Notes: generated from the sequence alone by a model not told the origin. A DNA stretch of 49,599 bases from Frankiales bacterium (GCA_031416735.1 JANOTZ010000070.1:1-49599); one strand, 5' to 3'; positions 1-11,402 are shown, numbered from the stretch's first letter. Numbers and translations are program-made.

Positions 1-389
1 ACCTCGGCGGCGGCGAACGCGATCTCCCGGGAGTAGCGCAACACCGCCTCGCGCAGCTCCTGCTCATGGCCGGGCTCAGCGAGGGTCGGGACCTTGTCCT
101 CCAGGACGGCGACCACGACCCGGATCAGCTGCACGGTCTGCTTCAGGCTCACGGCCCTGGTCAGCTCACGCGGCGCCGCGCTGAACACGTCCGGGGCCTC
201 GGCCTGGGCGGTGGAGGCGGTCTTCAACCAGGTGGTGAAAGCCCCGATCCCAGCCTGTACGACGAGTCCCACGTCCGCCCGCTGCGAAGGGGGCAGGGCG
301 GTGAACCACGGCAACGCGTCCATCTGCTGCACGGCTTCGGTACCCAGGCGGGAGGACGCCCGGCGTACCCGTTGCCAGGTGGTCGCCAC
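1..389 (-). CDS. PucR-family transcriptional regulator, N-terminal part only (gene continues past the left edge)
   Basis: Edge-truncated, so absent from the ORF track. Minus-strand frame from GTG at 389 is open to position 1: VATTWQRVRRASSRLGTEAVQQMDALPWFTALPPSQRADVGLVVQAGIGAFTTWL...APRELTRAVSLKQTVQLIRVVVAVLE...LREAVLRYSREIAFAAAE. Pattern recalled from N-termini of actinobacterial PucR-type regulators. Start codon tentative. Confidence 0.5.
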   Translation of the reverse strand, partial: MATTWQRVRRASSRLGTEAVQQMDALPWFTALPPSQRADVGLVVQAGIGAFTTWLKTASTAQAEAPDVFSAAPRELTRAVSLKQTVQLIRVVVAVLEDKVPTLAEPGHEQELREAVLRYSREIAFAAAE

Positions 390-398
390 GCCGGAAGG

Positions 399-794
399 CT
401 AAGCCCTGAAGCTGCGACTCCGGCCGCGGAACACGGCCACGACCTCGTCGCCTCGCGTGACCCTCACGTCGTACACGCCCGATCGACCCTGTCGGACGAC
501 CTCAGCGGCGGTCGCCACCAGCTCCTCCCCCAAAGCCACGGGGAGGAGGAACTCGACGTCCGCACCCGCCGCAACCGTGGGCGGGCCGTGGGTGTTGCAG
601 GCGAAGGCGAAGGCCGTGTCGGCCAGCAGGAACAGGTAACCGCCGTGGCAGATCCCGTGCCCGTTGGTCATGTCGGGCCGCACGGTCATGGTCGCGGTGG
701 CCGCACCGACCGCAACCCCCGAGATCTCGATGCCCAACGACCTGGTCGCCAGGTCGTTGGCCAGCATCCGGGCGGCCTGCTCGTCAGCACTCAT
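399..794 (-). CDS. paaI: PaaI-family hotdog-fold acyl-CoA thioesterase
   Basis: 131 aa ORF. Full-length resemblance to PaaI thioesterases, including the MTNGHGICHGGYLFLLADTAFAFACN core and C-terminal VAVFRGRS. Confidence 0.85.
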   Translation of the reverse strand: MSADEQAARMLANDLATRSLGIEISGVAVGAATATMTVRPDMTNGHGICHGGYLFLLADTAFAFACNTHGPPTVAAGADVEFLLPVALGEELVATAAEVVRQGRSGVYDVRVTRGDEVVAVFRGRSRSFRA

Positions 795-827
795 CGGCCT
801 GACCGTACGGCCCCGCGCTCTCCCGGG

Positions 828-1397
828 CTACGCGACCTTGATGGCGGAGACGTCGAACTCCAGGTTGATCTTCTCGCTGATGAGGACCCCACCGGTCTCC
901 AGGACCGCGTTGTATTCGATGCCCCAGTCCTTGCGGTTGAGGGTGGCGCGGCCTTCGAAGCCGGCCCGCAGGTTGCCGTACGGGTCGGTGGCGGTGCCGG
1001 TGTGCTCCCAGGTGAGGGTCACCGGCTTGGTCACGCCCTTGAGGGTCAGGTGACCGGTCATCTCGAGGACCCCGTCGGCCTTGGCGGTGACCGCGGTGCT
1101 GACGAACCTGCCCTCCGGGTAGGTGGCCGCGTCGAAGAAGTCGTTGGTGCGCAGGTGCTCGTCGCGCTGCGTCTGTCCGGTCGCGATGCTGGCGATCGAG
1201 AACGTGACGTTCGCGGTGCTGCGGGTGGGGTCCTCGAAGTCCAGGAAGGCGCTGCCCTCGAACTGCTCGAAGGAGCCGCGGACCTTGGTGACCATCGCGT
1301 GGCGGGCGGTGAAGCCCAGCCGGGTGTGGGTGATGTCGAGCGTGTAGTCGCCGGTCAGGTCGGTCGCCGTGGTGGTGGTCGTCGTTGTCGTGGTCAT
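828..1397 (-). CDS. YceI-family protein
   Basis: ORF 828..1439. ATG at 1397 chosen because GAAGGAA lies 7 nt upstream (189 aa). YceI-like pattern GDYTLDITHTRLGFTARHAMVTKVRGSF...GHLTLKGVTKPVTL...INLEFDVSA. No signal peptide. Nine consecutive Thr after Met1. Confidence 0.85.
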   Translation of the reverse strand: MTTTTTTTTTATDLTGDYTLDITHTRLGFTARHAMVTKVRGSFEQFEGSAFLDFEDPTRSTANVTFSIASIATGQTQRDEHLRTNDFFDAATYPEGRFVSTAVTAKADGVLEMTGHLTLKGVTKPVTLTWEHTGTATDPYGNLRAGFEGRATLNRKDWGIEYNAVLETGGVLISEKINLEFDVSAIKVA

Positions 1398-1529
1398 GGT
1401 GGGTTTCCTTCGCTCGGTGGTTGTTGCTGTTGCAACCAACGCTACCGCTCTTTTATTGCATGTTCAAGTATTGCGTTAGCAAGGGTCGCCCGCACCAGGA
1501 GGCGAGAAGCCCCTGGCTAGGGTCTGGCC

Positions 1530-2288
1530 ATGGGACTTTTCGACCTGACAGGCAAGCGGGCACTGGTCACCGGTGGCACCCGGGGCATCGGGCTGATGAT
1601 CGCGCGGGGGCTGCTCGACGCCGGCGCGTCGGTGACGATCAGCTCACGGAACGCCCAGGCGTGTGAGGACGCGCGCGCCGAGCTGGCCGGTCACGGCGAC
1701 GTGCTCGCCGTACCGGCTGATCTGGCGACGGAGGCGGAGTGTCTGCGGTTGGCGGGCACCGTCGAGGGTCCGTTGCACATCCTGGTGAACAACGCCGGTG
1801 CCACCTGGGGGGCGCCGCTGGAGGAGTTCCCCGCGTCGGCGTGGGACAAGGTGCTCGACCTCAACCTCAAGAGCCCGTTTTTCCTTACCCGGGCGCTGCT
1901 TCCGCGCCTCGAGGAGGCGGCCAGCGCAGAGGACCCGGCGCGGGTCATCAACATCGGGAGCATCGACGGGCTCAGGGTTCCCGCCCTGCCGACGTACTCC
2001 TACTCCACGAGCAAGGCTGCACTGCACATGCTCACGAAGGTGCTCGCGAAGGAGCTCGGGCCGCGGCACATCACGGTGAACGCGGTGGCGCCCGGGCCGT
2101 TCGCGTCCAAGATGATGGCCGCCACCCTGGATGCGTTCGGCGACGCCATCGCGGCCGCCGCCCCCCTGGGTCGGATCGGCCGACCCGACGACATGGCCGG
2201 GGTAGCGGTGTTCCTCGCGAGTCGCGCCGGGTCCTATGTGACCGGCGCGATCATCCCCGTCGACGGGGGCATCGCGACCACCGTCTAG
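1530..2288 (+). CDS. SDR-family oxidoreductase (FabG/RhlG-like)
   Basis: 252 aa. TGGTRGIG Rossmann motif, NNAG, catalytic YSTSKAAL (YxxxK), PGPF. Confidence 0.9.
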   Translation: MGLFDLTGKRALVTGGTRGIGLMIARGLLDAGASVTISSRNAQACEDARAELAGHGDVLAVPADLATEAECLRLAGTVEGPLHILVNNAGATWGAPLEEFPASAWDKVLDLNLKSPFFLTRALLPRLEEAASAEDPARVINIGSIDGLRVPALPTYSYSTSKAALHMLTKVLAKELGPRHITVNAVAPGPFASKMMAATLDAFGDAIAAAAPLGRIGRPDDMAGVAVFLASRAGSYVTGAIIPVDGGIATTV

Positions 2289-2494
2289 CCGTGCCGCCGC
2301 GCGAAGCAGGCCCGGCACAACGCCGTGGTCGTGCCGATGAGGCGGTAGAGCGGGGCTTGGCGCAGGCAACCGTCGCACGAGTGATCCAGGTGCGGAACCG
2401 GGCCAGTCAGGTCGATGGTCATACCCAGTTCTTCGGCGTGCCGCGCATCCCGTCACGCACCCATGCGGACCCACTGTGCGGTCCCCCGGATGGC

Positions 2495-2992
2495 CTAGAG
2501 GAACGGGGCCGTCGAGCCCCCCAGCGCGATGGCATCCATCCCCAATTTGGCGTGGTCCCAGGAGCGGGTGCGCTCCACGTCGACCCGCACTGCCACCCGC
2601 TTGTGGAGCATCATCTCGACGAACGGCCGCATCTCCTCGGTGTACGGGCCGGTGTAGCGCTCCCACACACTGACGCCGACGGCCCACAGCGCATCCGGGT
2701 CGTCCACCACGACCCCGCGGCCCTCGAGCGAGACGCCCTTGAGCTGGTCGTAGGTGTGGCCGCTCTCGACGAGCACCGTGATGCGCGGATCGCGCCCGAG
2801 GTTGACCGCCTTCTGCGAGCGGCCCTTGGTCTCGAACCAGATCACTCCGTCGATGACGGCGTACCACATCGCCACCAGATGCGGCATGCCGCTCGGGCCG
2901 ATCGTGGCCATCGTCGCGGTGCGTTGCTGGGCGATGAAGGCCTCGATCGCCTCGTCGGTCATGGTGATCTGTGCGCGCTGGTTGGTCCCCAT
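2495..2992 (-). CDS. PPOX-class (pyridoxamine 5-phosphate oxidase fold) protein, probable F420/FMN-dependent
   Basis: ORF 2495..3055. ATG at 2992 taken (165 aa), alternative ATG at 2962. Split-barrel pattern ATIGPSGMPHLVAMWYAVIDGVIWFETKGRSQKAVNLGRDPRITVLVE. Confidence 0.75.
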   Translation of the reverse strand: MGTNQRAQITMTDEAIEAFIAQQRTATMATIGPSGMPHLVAMWYAVIDGVIWFETKGRSQKAVNLGRDPRITVLVESGHTYDQLKGVSLEGRGVVVDDPDALWAVGVSVWERYTGPYTEEMRPFVEMMLHKRVAVRVDVERTRSWDHAKLGMDAIALGGSTAPFL

Positions 2993-3017
2993 GCCGGGAA
3001 GATAACAGGAACGTGTT

Positions 3018-3812
3018 CTAGCAGACCAGCCTGGCCGCGGCCGCGAGTCGCCCACGCAGGAGCGCGGCCTCCTCCGCGAAGCCCCGCTGGTCCACCACGT
3101 AGGCCTCCCGGCCTGCCGCCGTCTCGATCGGCACGGGCGTCAACCCCAACAAGGAGAAGTCGTACGGCGAAGCCCGCATGTCGAGGATCCGGACCCGGCG
3201 GGCCAGGTCGAAGCCGTCGGCGACGAGCTCAGCCGGTATCCAGGGCGACAGCTTGTAGGACCACTTGTAGAGATCCATGTTGGCGTGCAGACAACCGCCC
3301 TGCTCCAGGTCCGCCTGGTCCTCGCGCCTGGGCTGCAGGACGTTCAGCGGGCGGGCTGCCGGCGTGAAGAAACGAAAGGCGTCGTGGTGCGAGCAGCGCA
3401 GCGGCTGCGCCTCCACGACGGCCGCGGTTCCCTTGTCCCCCAGGCGAAGTGGCCACTCACGGTGGCGTGGCTCGTCGCGGTAGACCATCGCCCACTCGTG
3501 CAGGCCGAAGCACCCGAACTGCGGCGGGCGGGCGGCGGTCCGGTCGAGCAGGTCGACCACCCAGGTGGCCGTCGACGCGGCCCGCTCCGGGACCTCGAGC
3601 CAGGGCTGCTCACCCGGGAAGTCCTCGAGCCGCACCCCCACCCCCGGGCTCCAGCGCCGCAGCCGCGCCGGCCGGTGCGAGTAGTAGGTGAACAAGAAGT
3701 CCTCGACCGGATGCTTCTCCGCCCGTCCCGCCCGCTCCCGATGACCTGCGGTCCACCCGTCCACGCGCTCCTCATGGGCCCTGGTGCGGGCCTCCCACTC
3801 GGAACGTCTCAT
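3018..3812 (-). CDS. Conserved actinobacterial protein; family usually auto-annotated as 3-methyladenine DNA glycosylase (function unverified)
   Basis: 264 aa with coding-type composition. Signature HPVEDFLFTYYSHRPARLRRW recalled from that family. I cannot verify the activity. Confidence 0.6.
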   Translation of the reverse strand: MRRSEWEARTRAHEERVDGWTAGHRERAGRAEKHPVEDFLFTYYSHRPARLRRWSPGVGVRLEDFPGEQPWLEVPERAASTATWVVDLLDRTAARPPQFGCFGLHEWAMVYRDEPRHREWPLRLGDKGTAAVVEAQPLRCSHHDAFRFFTPAARPLNVLQPRREDQADLEQGGCLHANMDLYKWSYKLSPWIPAELVADGFDLARRVRILDMRASPYDFSLLGLTPVPIETAAGREAYVVDQRGFAEEAALLRGRLAAAARLVC

Positions 3813-3836
3813 CCCATCAGTGTCAGGGCTTCAGCG

Positions 3837-4625
3837 TCAGGGCTTGAGGCGGGCCCGCAGCTCGGTCCATCGACCCAGGCGGGTGATGACCGTCCCGAAG
3901 GCCGGCGCGTCCGGTCGGGCCGCCGTCCACTCCTGGAACGCCCCCGGGCTGTCCCCCACCCCGCTGGCAAAGAACTCCCGCATGCAGGCGGCCAACTCGT
4001 CGTCGGTCCAACGACGGATCTCACCCTCAGGCTTGGTGCGGAGCGGGGTCGGGATGCCGGCGGCACGGCAGGCCGCCAGCCAGGTGCCGTAGCGCGCAAC
4101 CACCTCCGTGGCCGGCGGGTGCGCGAGCGGATCGCGATGAGTGTCCCAGTAGTGGCGGGACACCGGCACGGGGCCTCGTGCGTAGGTCGTCCGGCCGCGC
4201 TCACTCGCCATGAGCTGCAGGCCAATGAGGATCCCGGTGTCGGAGTAGCGATCGCGCATGGTGGGGCGCTTCGTCAGCCGATGCTGGTCCTGGTCCCACA
4301 GCGCGGCCCGGACCAGCGTCGTCGTGACCCCGAACGCTTGGGCCACCTCGGACACCGAGGCGCTGCCGGCGTGCCGCAGGTAGAGGTGGATCTTCTCGCC
4401 CAACTCCTTGCGCTCCTGGGCGGACTTGATCGGGCGCCGGCGGAGTGGCTTCGGGACCGGCAGGCCGGACCGGATGAAGACGCTCTTGGCCAGCGACAGC
4501 GTGAGGCCCACACCTTCGGCGGCCTCCTCGAGCGTCTGGCCCTTGGCCATCCGCTTCTGCAACCGGGCCAGGTGCGGCTCGGGCAGCGGCTTGGTGCGTC
4601 GGGTCCACAACGTTCGCTCGGTCAT
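3837..4625 (-). CDS. HTH-containing protein with two homing-endonuclease-associated-type repeats, no nuclease domain
   Basis: ORF 3837..4697. ATG at 4625 chosen because the upstream codons are AT-rich and atypical. Two HTH-like segments (GQTLEEAAEGVGLTLSLAKSVF; ASVSEVAQAFGVTTTLVRAAL). Two C-terminal repeats of the form W..xxxxxxP....vvarYGtW..A...AG / RWTDDELAACMREF...GAFQEW......PAFGTVITRLGRWTELRARL. Confidence 0.6.
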   Translation of the reverse strand: MTERTLWTRRTKPLPEPHLARLQKRMAKGQTLEEAAEGVGLTLSLAKSVFIRSGLPVPKPLRRRPIKSAQERKELGEKIHLYLRHAGSASVSEVAQAFGVTTTLVRAALWDQDQHRLTKRPTMRDRYSDTGILIGLQLMASERGRTTYARGPVPVSRHYWDTHRDPLAHPPATEVVARYGTWLAACRAAGIPTPLRTKPEGEIRRWTDDELAACMREFFASGVGDSPGAFQEWTAARPDAPAFGTVITRLGRWTELRARLKP

Positions 4626-4719
4626 GAGCTCATTGTTGTACGTCGAGAGCATCAGGTGTGGGGGTTGTGTGGATGCATCTCTGTGCTGCGAAAACACAAT
4701 CTAGTGCCGCAACGCAGAA

Positions 4720-4743
4720 CAGCACCCGCTGGGGAGGGTGCTG
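4720..4743 (-). terminator. Candidate stem-loop downstream of the 4789..5376 membrane-protein gene
   Basis: CAGCACCC (4720-4727) / GGGTGCTG (4736-4743): perfect 8-bp stem with an 8-nt loop, 46 nt past the stop codon. No clear U-tract. Confidence 0.3.
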
Positions 4744-4788
4744 TCCTGGGTTCCTTGCGGTCAGATCAACCGCTGCCTCGCAGTCAGA

Positions 4789-5376
4789 TCAACTGGCGGG
4801 CATCTTCTCGGGGTGCCAGCCCGGGACGTGGACCGTCGCGTCCTGCGGTGTGCGGCCGGCGTGCAGCAGACCGAGCAGACCGAGGAACATCAGGCCCAGA
4901 CCTGTGCCGAGCGCAATCCAGGCGGCGATGAAGGCAACGTAGGCCATTTTGCCGAAGGCGTAGGCGTTGAGCAGCAGGCCGCGGAGCGTCTCACCGCGGA
5001 AGGAAGTCTGCACCAGCCCTTGGAGCTTGGTGTCCGTCGGGTTCGCCCTCGACTTCGCCGAGAGCTCTGAGTACGTCAGGCCACCGGTCGACGCAGCCAG
5101 GTGCACCGCGATGAAGTGGTCGGCGTAGGCCTTCGCCTGCTCGCCGTTGACGAGCTGCTGGCCTTCGTACTTGGTGAGGTAGGGCTTGATCGCCGGGTCG
5201 TCGAGCGCACCGGTGCTGGCCTTGGGAATGAAGATCTTCTGCGCGGTCAGCTGGGTGCGCACGTTGTCATCGATGAAAGTGTTGGCCCAGAACAGCAGCC
5301 CGGAGGCCGCGAGCAGGACCGCCGCGATCACCAATCCGGCGGTTGACACCAGAACGTCAAAACTCTTGCGACGCAT
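4789..5376 (-). CDS. Conserved two-TM membrane protein of unknown function
   Basis: 195 aa. N-terminal TM (LVSTAGLVIAAVLLAASGLLFW) and C-terminal TM (VAFIAAWIALGTGLGLMFLGLLGLL) flank a domain of about 130 aa. Confidence 0.75.
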   Translation of the reverse strand: MRRKSFDVLVSTAGLVIAAVLLAASGLLFWANTFIDDNVRTQLTAQKIFIPKASTGALDDPAIKPYLTKYEGQQLVNGEQAKAYADHFIAVHLAASTGGLTYSELSAKSRANPTDTKLQGLVQTSFRGETLRGLLLNAYAFGKMAYVAFIAAWIALGTGLGLMFLGLLGLLHAGRTPQDATVHVPGWHPEKMPAS

Positions 5377-5496
5377 GATCCTTCCCTTCGCTTGGGCAAC
5401 ACCGTCGGTCGCCTGACTTCCATCTCATCAAGGTGATCGCCTGCGTATCAGGGGGAAAGGTCACCAAGCATCCGGGCCGAAAGACCCCCCTTGCCG

Positions 5497-6405
5497 TCAC
5501 TGCTCGGACGAGTGACGCAGCCGCTGGTGAATCTCGCGGCGCGCCTGGCCGGCCCGCACCACCACCACGGGGCAAGGGGCTCGCTCCGCGACGGAAACGC
5601 TGGTCGAGCGAAGCAAGAAACTGGTGAGCGCCGTGTGACCTCGGGAGCCGACGACGAGCAGGTCCGTCGGCCGAAGCGCGCCGAGGAGCTGGTCGGCCGC
5701 CTGGCCGATCAACAGGCAGGCATGCACCTCGAGGTCGGCGCCACCTGCCTCCGCCACCTGCTGCTCGACCGCCGCCATCAGATCGTTCCGGGGCCCCTGG
5801 GCCTTGCATCGCAAGGCCGGGGGAAGTCTGTCGACCGAGGGTGCGACCACGACCGCCGTGAGAGCGCAGCCCCACTCGCGGGCCTGGGCGGTGGCCCAGG
5901 AGAGCGCCGTCAGGGCGGCGGGTGAGCCGTCGAAGCCGACCATGACGCGACTCGACTGCCTGTCCAGATGTGCGGTGTGGGGCACAACGGCCACCGGCGC
6001 CCTGGATCGGTGCAGACACGCACCGCTCACCGATCCCAGGACACCCCGCACCAAGGCGTTGCCGCCACGACAGCCGACGACCAGCAGAGCGGCGGAGTCG
6101 GCGGCGGCCAGCAAGGCCGAGGCCGGGTCCGACTCGATGACGCGAGTGCGTGCCGACACCCGGTCGCTGCCAGGCACGCGTTCCCGGGCCCTGGCCAGGG
6201 CGGAGGCGGCCCGCACCTCTGCCTGTTCACGTGCCGCCCGAAGGCGTTCCGGGAACAGCGCAGGGGGGAACTCGCCGTACAAGGGAACGGGGTAGGCGTG
6301 GACGGCCTCCAGGGGAAGTCCGCGCCGGACCGCTTCGTCCAGGGCGAAGTCGAGCGCCGGTTCCACGTCGGCGCCACCGTCCACCCCGACGACGATGATC
6401 CTCAT
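5497..6405 (-). CDS. Universal stress protein, tandem USP domains (USP-1)
   Basis: 302 aa. Two USP units, each ending in a LLVVG(C/S)RG...G(S)V...AP(V/C)(A/P)VVVV-type ATP-binding motif. Lies 26 nt downstream of the Acg-1 gene on the same strand. Confidence 0.9.
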   Translation of the reverse strand: MRIIVVGVDGGADVEPALDFALDEAVRRGLPLEAVHAYPVPLYGEFPPALFPERLRAAREQAEVRAASALARARERVPGSDRVSARTRVIESDPASALLAAADSAALLVVGCRGGNALVRGVLGSVSGACLHRSRAPVAVVPHTAHLDRQSSRVMVGFDGSPAALTALSWATAQAREWGCALTAVVVAPSVDRLPPALRCKAQGPRNDLMAAVEQQVAEAGGADLEVHACLLIGQAADQLLGALRPTDLLVVGSRGHTALTSFLLRSTSVSVAERAPCPVVVVRAGQARREIHQRLRHSSEQ

Positions 6406-6431
6406 GCTGGCCTCTGCACCGATGGGCCCCT

Positions 6432-7451
6432 TCAGACTCGGGCGATCGTGCTGCCGGGGTGGCGGCGAGGGGTGGGAAGCACCTCTCCCCCGACGCCGAT
6501 ACGCAGCACCAACTGGGGAACGCCGTCGAGTGCGAACTGCTCCCGCAGTTGATGACGCATCGCACTCTCCTCCACCGGCTGGTTCAGGTAGGACGCATTC
6601 GCTCCGGCGGCCGTCGCTCGGAGGAGCACCGCAGCGAGCGCGCGGCCGGCGGCCAACCAGTCAGGCTGTTGGTCAGCGGGCGTGCACAAGATTCCGATAA
6701 CCGGGTCGTCCGGACCTGGCCGATCCTGGGCGGGGCGGGACCGGGTGCTGGAGAAGTCACGCTGGACGAACTCGGCCCGGTAGGAGGCGCCCGGGCCACG
6801 GGTGTGGTCGCTCGGCACCCCGTCCTGCCGGGAGTCGCCCGGTTCGCGCAGCCAACGGGCGAGCTCCGCGTCGACCTGCCCTCGCTGCACGAGCAACCGG
6901 TCGGCGCGCTCGACCAGGGCGGCCAAGCTCGACCGGTCGCCAGCGGTGCTGACCAGCCGGAGGGATGCTCCCTCGGCGGCCGCGGCCGACTGCAACTGGA
7001 AGGGCAGCGCAGGCGGGAGTTGTTCGCGGTCGAGCGGGCCTCGATCGGTGCGACGCAGTGGTATCGCGTCGAGCAGCCGACGGTCGTCCTCAGTCGTGCC
7101 CCAGGTGCCGGCCTCCTCGAGCTGGGCCAGGAACTCGCCGGTTGCGTCGGCGCTGACCGCGACGCGCGGCTGATGGCCGAGGGCCCGAGCCGCAACGCAA
7201 GCCAGGTGAATGGCCGCGCCGCACGAGATCACCATCTCGCGGCGATGCGGGTCGGTCTCCGGGAGCATCCGCGTGGGGTCGGTCCAGAACTCGAGCGTCT
7301 CGTCGTGCAGCAGGAAACGCCAGGGCTGCGAGTTGTGCTTCGAGGGGGCCCAGCCGGCCACCGCCGCGTACCACCCGAGCCGGGTCGCGACGTCCGCGGT
7401 CGCATCCGGTACGGCCGCCCAACGGTTGGCGCTGCTCAGTCGGATGGTCAT
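6432..7451 (-). CDS. Acg-family nitroreductase-like FMN-binding protein (Acg-1)
   Basis: ORF 6432..7673. ATG at 7451 (MTIRLSS) is preceded by GAGGAGGAG (339 aa). APSKHNSQPWRF motif and overall length typical of Acg/Rv3131/Rv3127-type proteins. The upstream 74 codons overlap the dosR promoter and are rejected. Confidence 0.88.
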   Translation of the reverse strand: MTIRLSSANRWAAVPDATADVATRLGWYAAVAGWAPSKHNSQPWRFLLHDETLEFWTDPTRMLPETDPHRREMVISCGAAIHLACVAARALGHQPRVAVSADATGEFLAQLEEAGTWGTTEDDRRLLDAIPLRRTDRGPLDREQLPPALPFQLQSAAAAEGASLRLVSTAGDRSSLAALVERADRLLVQRGQVDAELARWLREPGDSRQDGVPSDHTRGPGASYRAEFVQRDFSSTRSRPAQDRPGPDDPVIGILCTPADQQPDWLAAGRALAAVLLRATAAGANASYLNQPVEESAMRHQLREQFALDGVPQLVLRIGVGGEVLPTPRRHPGSTIARV

Positions 7452-7600
7452 TTCTCCTCCTCGACGCACCCGGAGTCGGCAGGGTGGCGTCCCCGCACAG
7501 CCTGCGAGATCACCGCGCCCGCACCTAGAGGCCAAGGTCCCGGACCGGCAGGTCGGTGGTCCGGCCCTCAGAGGCCCCGAGACCTGGCATCCTTGGCCGC

Positions 7601-8272
7601 ATGGATGTTGCGGAGCCACTGAGGGTTTTTCTGCTCGACGATCACGAAATCGTGCGCCAGGGACTGAAGGCACTCCTCGAGAGCGAGCCCGACCTGGTCG
7701 TCGTCGGAGAGGCGGCCACCGCCCAAGAGGCCTTGGCTCGGGTGCCGGCTCTGCGCCCCGACGTCGCGGTGCTCGACGTGCGACTCCCCGATGGGGACGG
7801 GATCACCGTCTGCCGCGAGCTGCGATCGACGCTGCCCGATCTGGCCTGCCTCATGCTCACGTCCTTCGGGGACGACGAGGCGTTGTTCAGCGCGATCATG
7901 GCGGGTGCGGCCGGCTACGTCCTCAAGCAGATCAGGGGAAGTGACCTCGTCGGCGCGGTCCGCACGGTGGGCCGCGGCGGCTCACTGCTCGATCCGCAAG
8001 CGACCACCCGCCTCCTGAACCGGATGCGCACGGAGGCCACCCGCAAGGACCCGCTCGACGTGCTCACCGATCAGGAACGGCGCATCCTGGACCTTATCGG
8101 CGAGGGCCTGACGAACCGGGAAATCGGCGCCCGGATGTTCCTGGCCGAGAAGACCGTCAAGAACTATGTCTCCTCGGTGTTGAGCAAGCTGGGACTCGTG
8201 CGACGCACGCAGGCAGCCGTGCTGATCGCCGAAATGCGCATGGGTGACCGCAGTGGTGACCTTCGGCCCTGA
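7601..8272 (+). CDS. dosR: NarL/LuxR-family response regulator, DosR(DevR)-like
   Basis: ORF 7556..8272. ATG at 7601 taken (223 aa). Near-colinear with recalled M. tuberculosis DosR: VFLLDDHEIVRQGL, RPDVAVLDVRLPDGDG, LTDQERRILDLIGEGLTNREIGARMFLAEKTVKNYVSSVLSKLGLVRRTQAAV. Confidence 0.9.
   Translation: MDVAEPLRVFLLDDHEIVRQGLKALLESEPDLVVVGEAATAQEALARVPALRPDVAVLDVRLPDGDGITVCRELRSTLPDLACLMLTSFGDDEALFSAIMAGAAGYVLKQIRGSDLVGAVRTVGRGGSLLDPQATTRLLNRMRTEATRKDPLDVLTDQERRILDLIGEGLTNREIGARMFLAEKTVKNYVSSVLSKLGLVRRTQAAVLIAEMRMGDRSGDLRP
8255..8271. promoter_or_regulatory. Candidate DosR-type site variant (GGTGACCTTCGGCCCTG) overlapping the dosR stop, upstream of PPOX-2
   Basis: Identical 17-mer to 22405-22421. 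Preceded by a second GGTGACC at 8243-8249. Lies 36-52 nt upstream of the PPOX-2 ATG. Confidence 0.3.
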
Positions 8273-8306
8273 CGCGCACCTGCTGTCCCCGCGCATCCTT
8301 CGCTGC

Positions 8307-11402
<3,096 letters not shown>

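Noticed and set aside
66-1520. 484-aa plus-strand ORF, one of the longer ORFs near the left end
   Set aside because: It is antisense to two well-supported minus-strand genes (paaI, yceI-like). Its Arg/Gly/Pro/Ala-rich composition is typical of shadow ORFs in high-GC DNA, and I recognise no motif.
1644-3367. ORFs 1644..2867 (-) and 1739..3367 (+), 407 and 542 aa
   Set aside because: They overlap the SDR, PPOX-1 and 3018-3812 genes in other frames or on the other strand. Both have low-complexity Arg/Gly/Pro-rich sequences and are shadow ORFs.
4762-4794. 11-nt direct repeat GTCAGATCAAC x2 around the stop of the 4789-5376 gene
   Set aside because: It is short and could be chance, and I could not attach a functional rationale.
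3285-4931. 548-aa plus-strand ORF
   Set aside because: It is antisense to the 3018-3812 and 3837-4625 genes and has shadow-ORF composition.
7452-7600. Search for an exact M. tuberculosis-type 20-bp DosR box (TTSGGGACTWWAGTCCCSAA) here and in the other island promoters
   Set aside because: By eye I found no copy with better than about 12-13 of 20 matches. Only the variant GGGACC/GGTCCC-based sites are reported, and at low confidence.
7452-7673. 74-codon N-terminal extension of the Acg-1 ORF
   Set aside because: It would run through the dosR promoter and start region, it is Arg/Gly/Cys-rich, and the internal ATG at 7451 has a strong GAGGAGGAG RBS and matches the family N-terminus.
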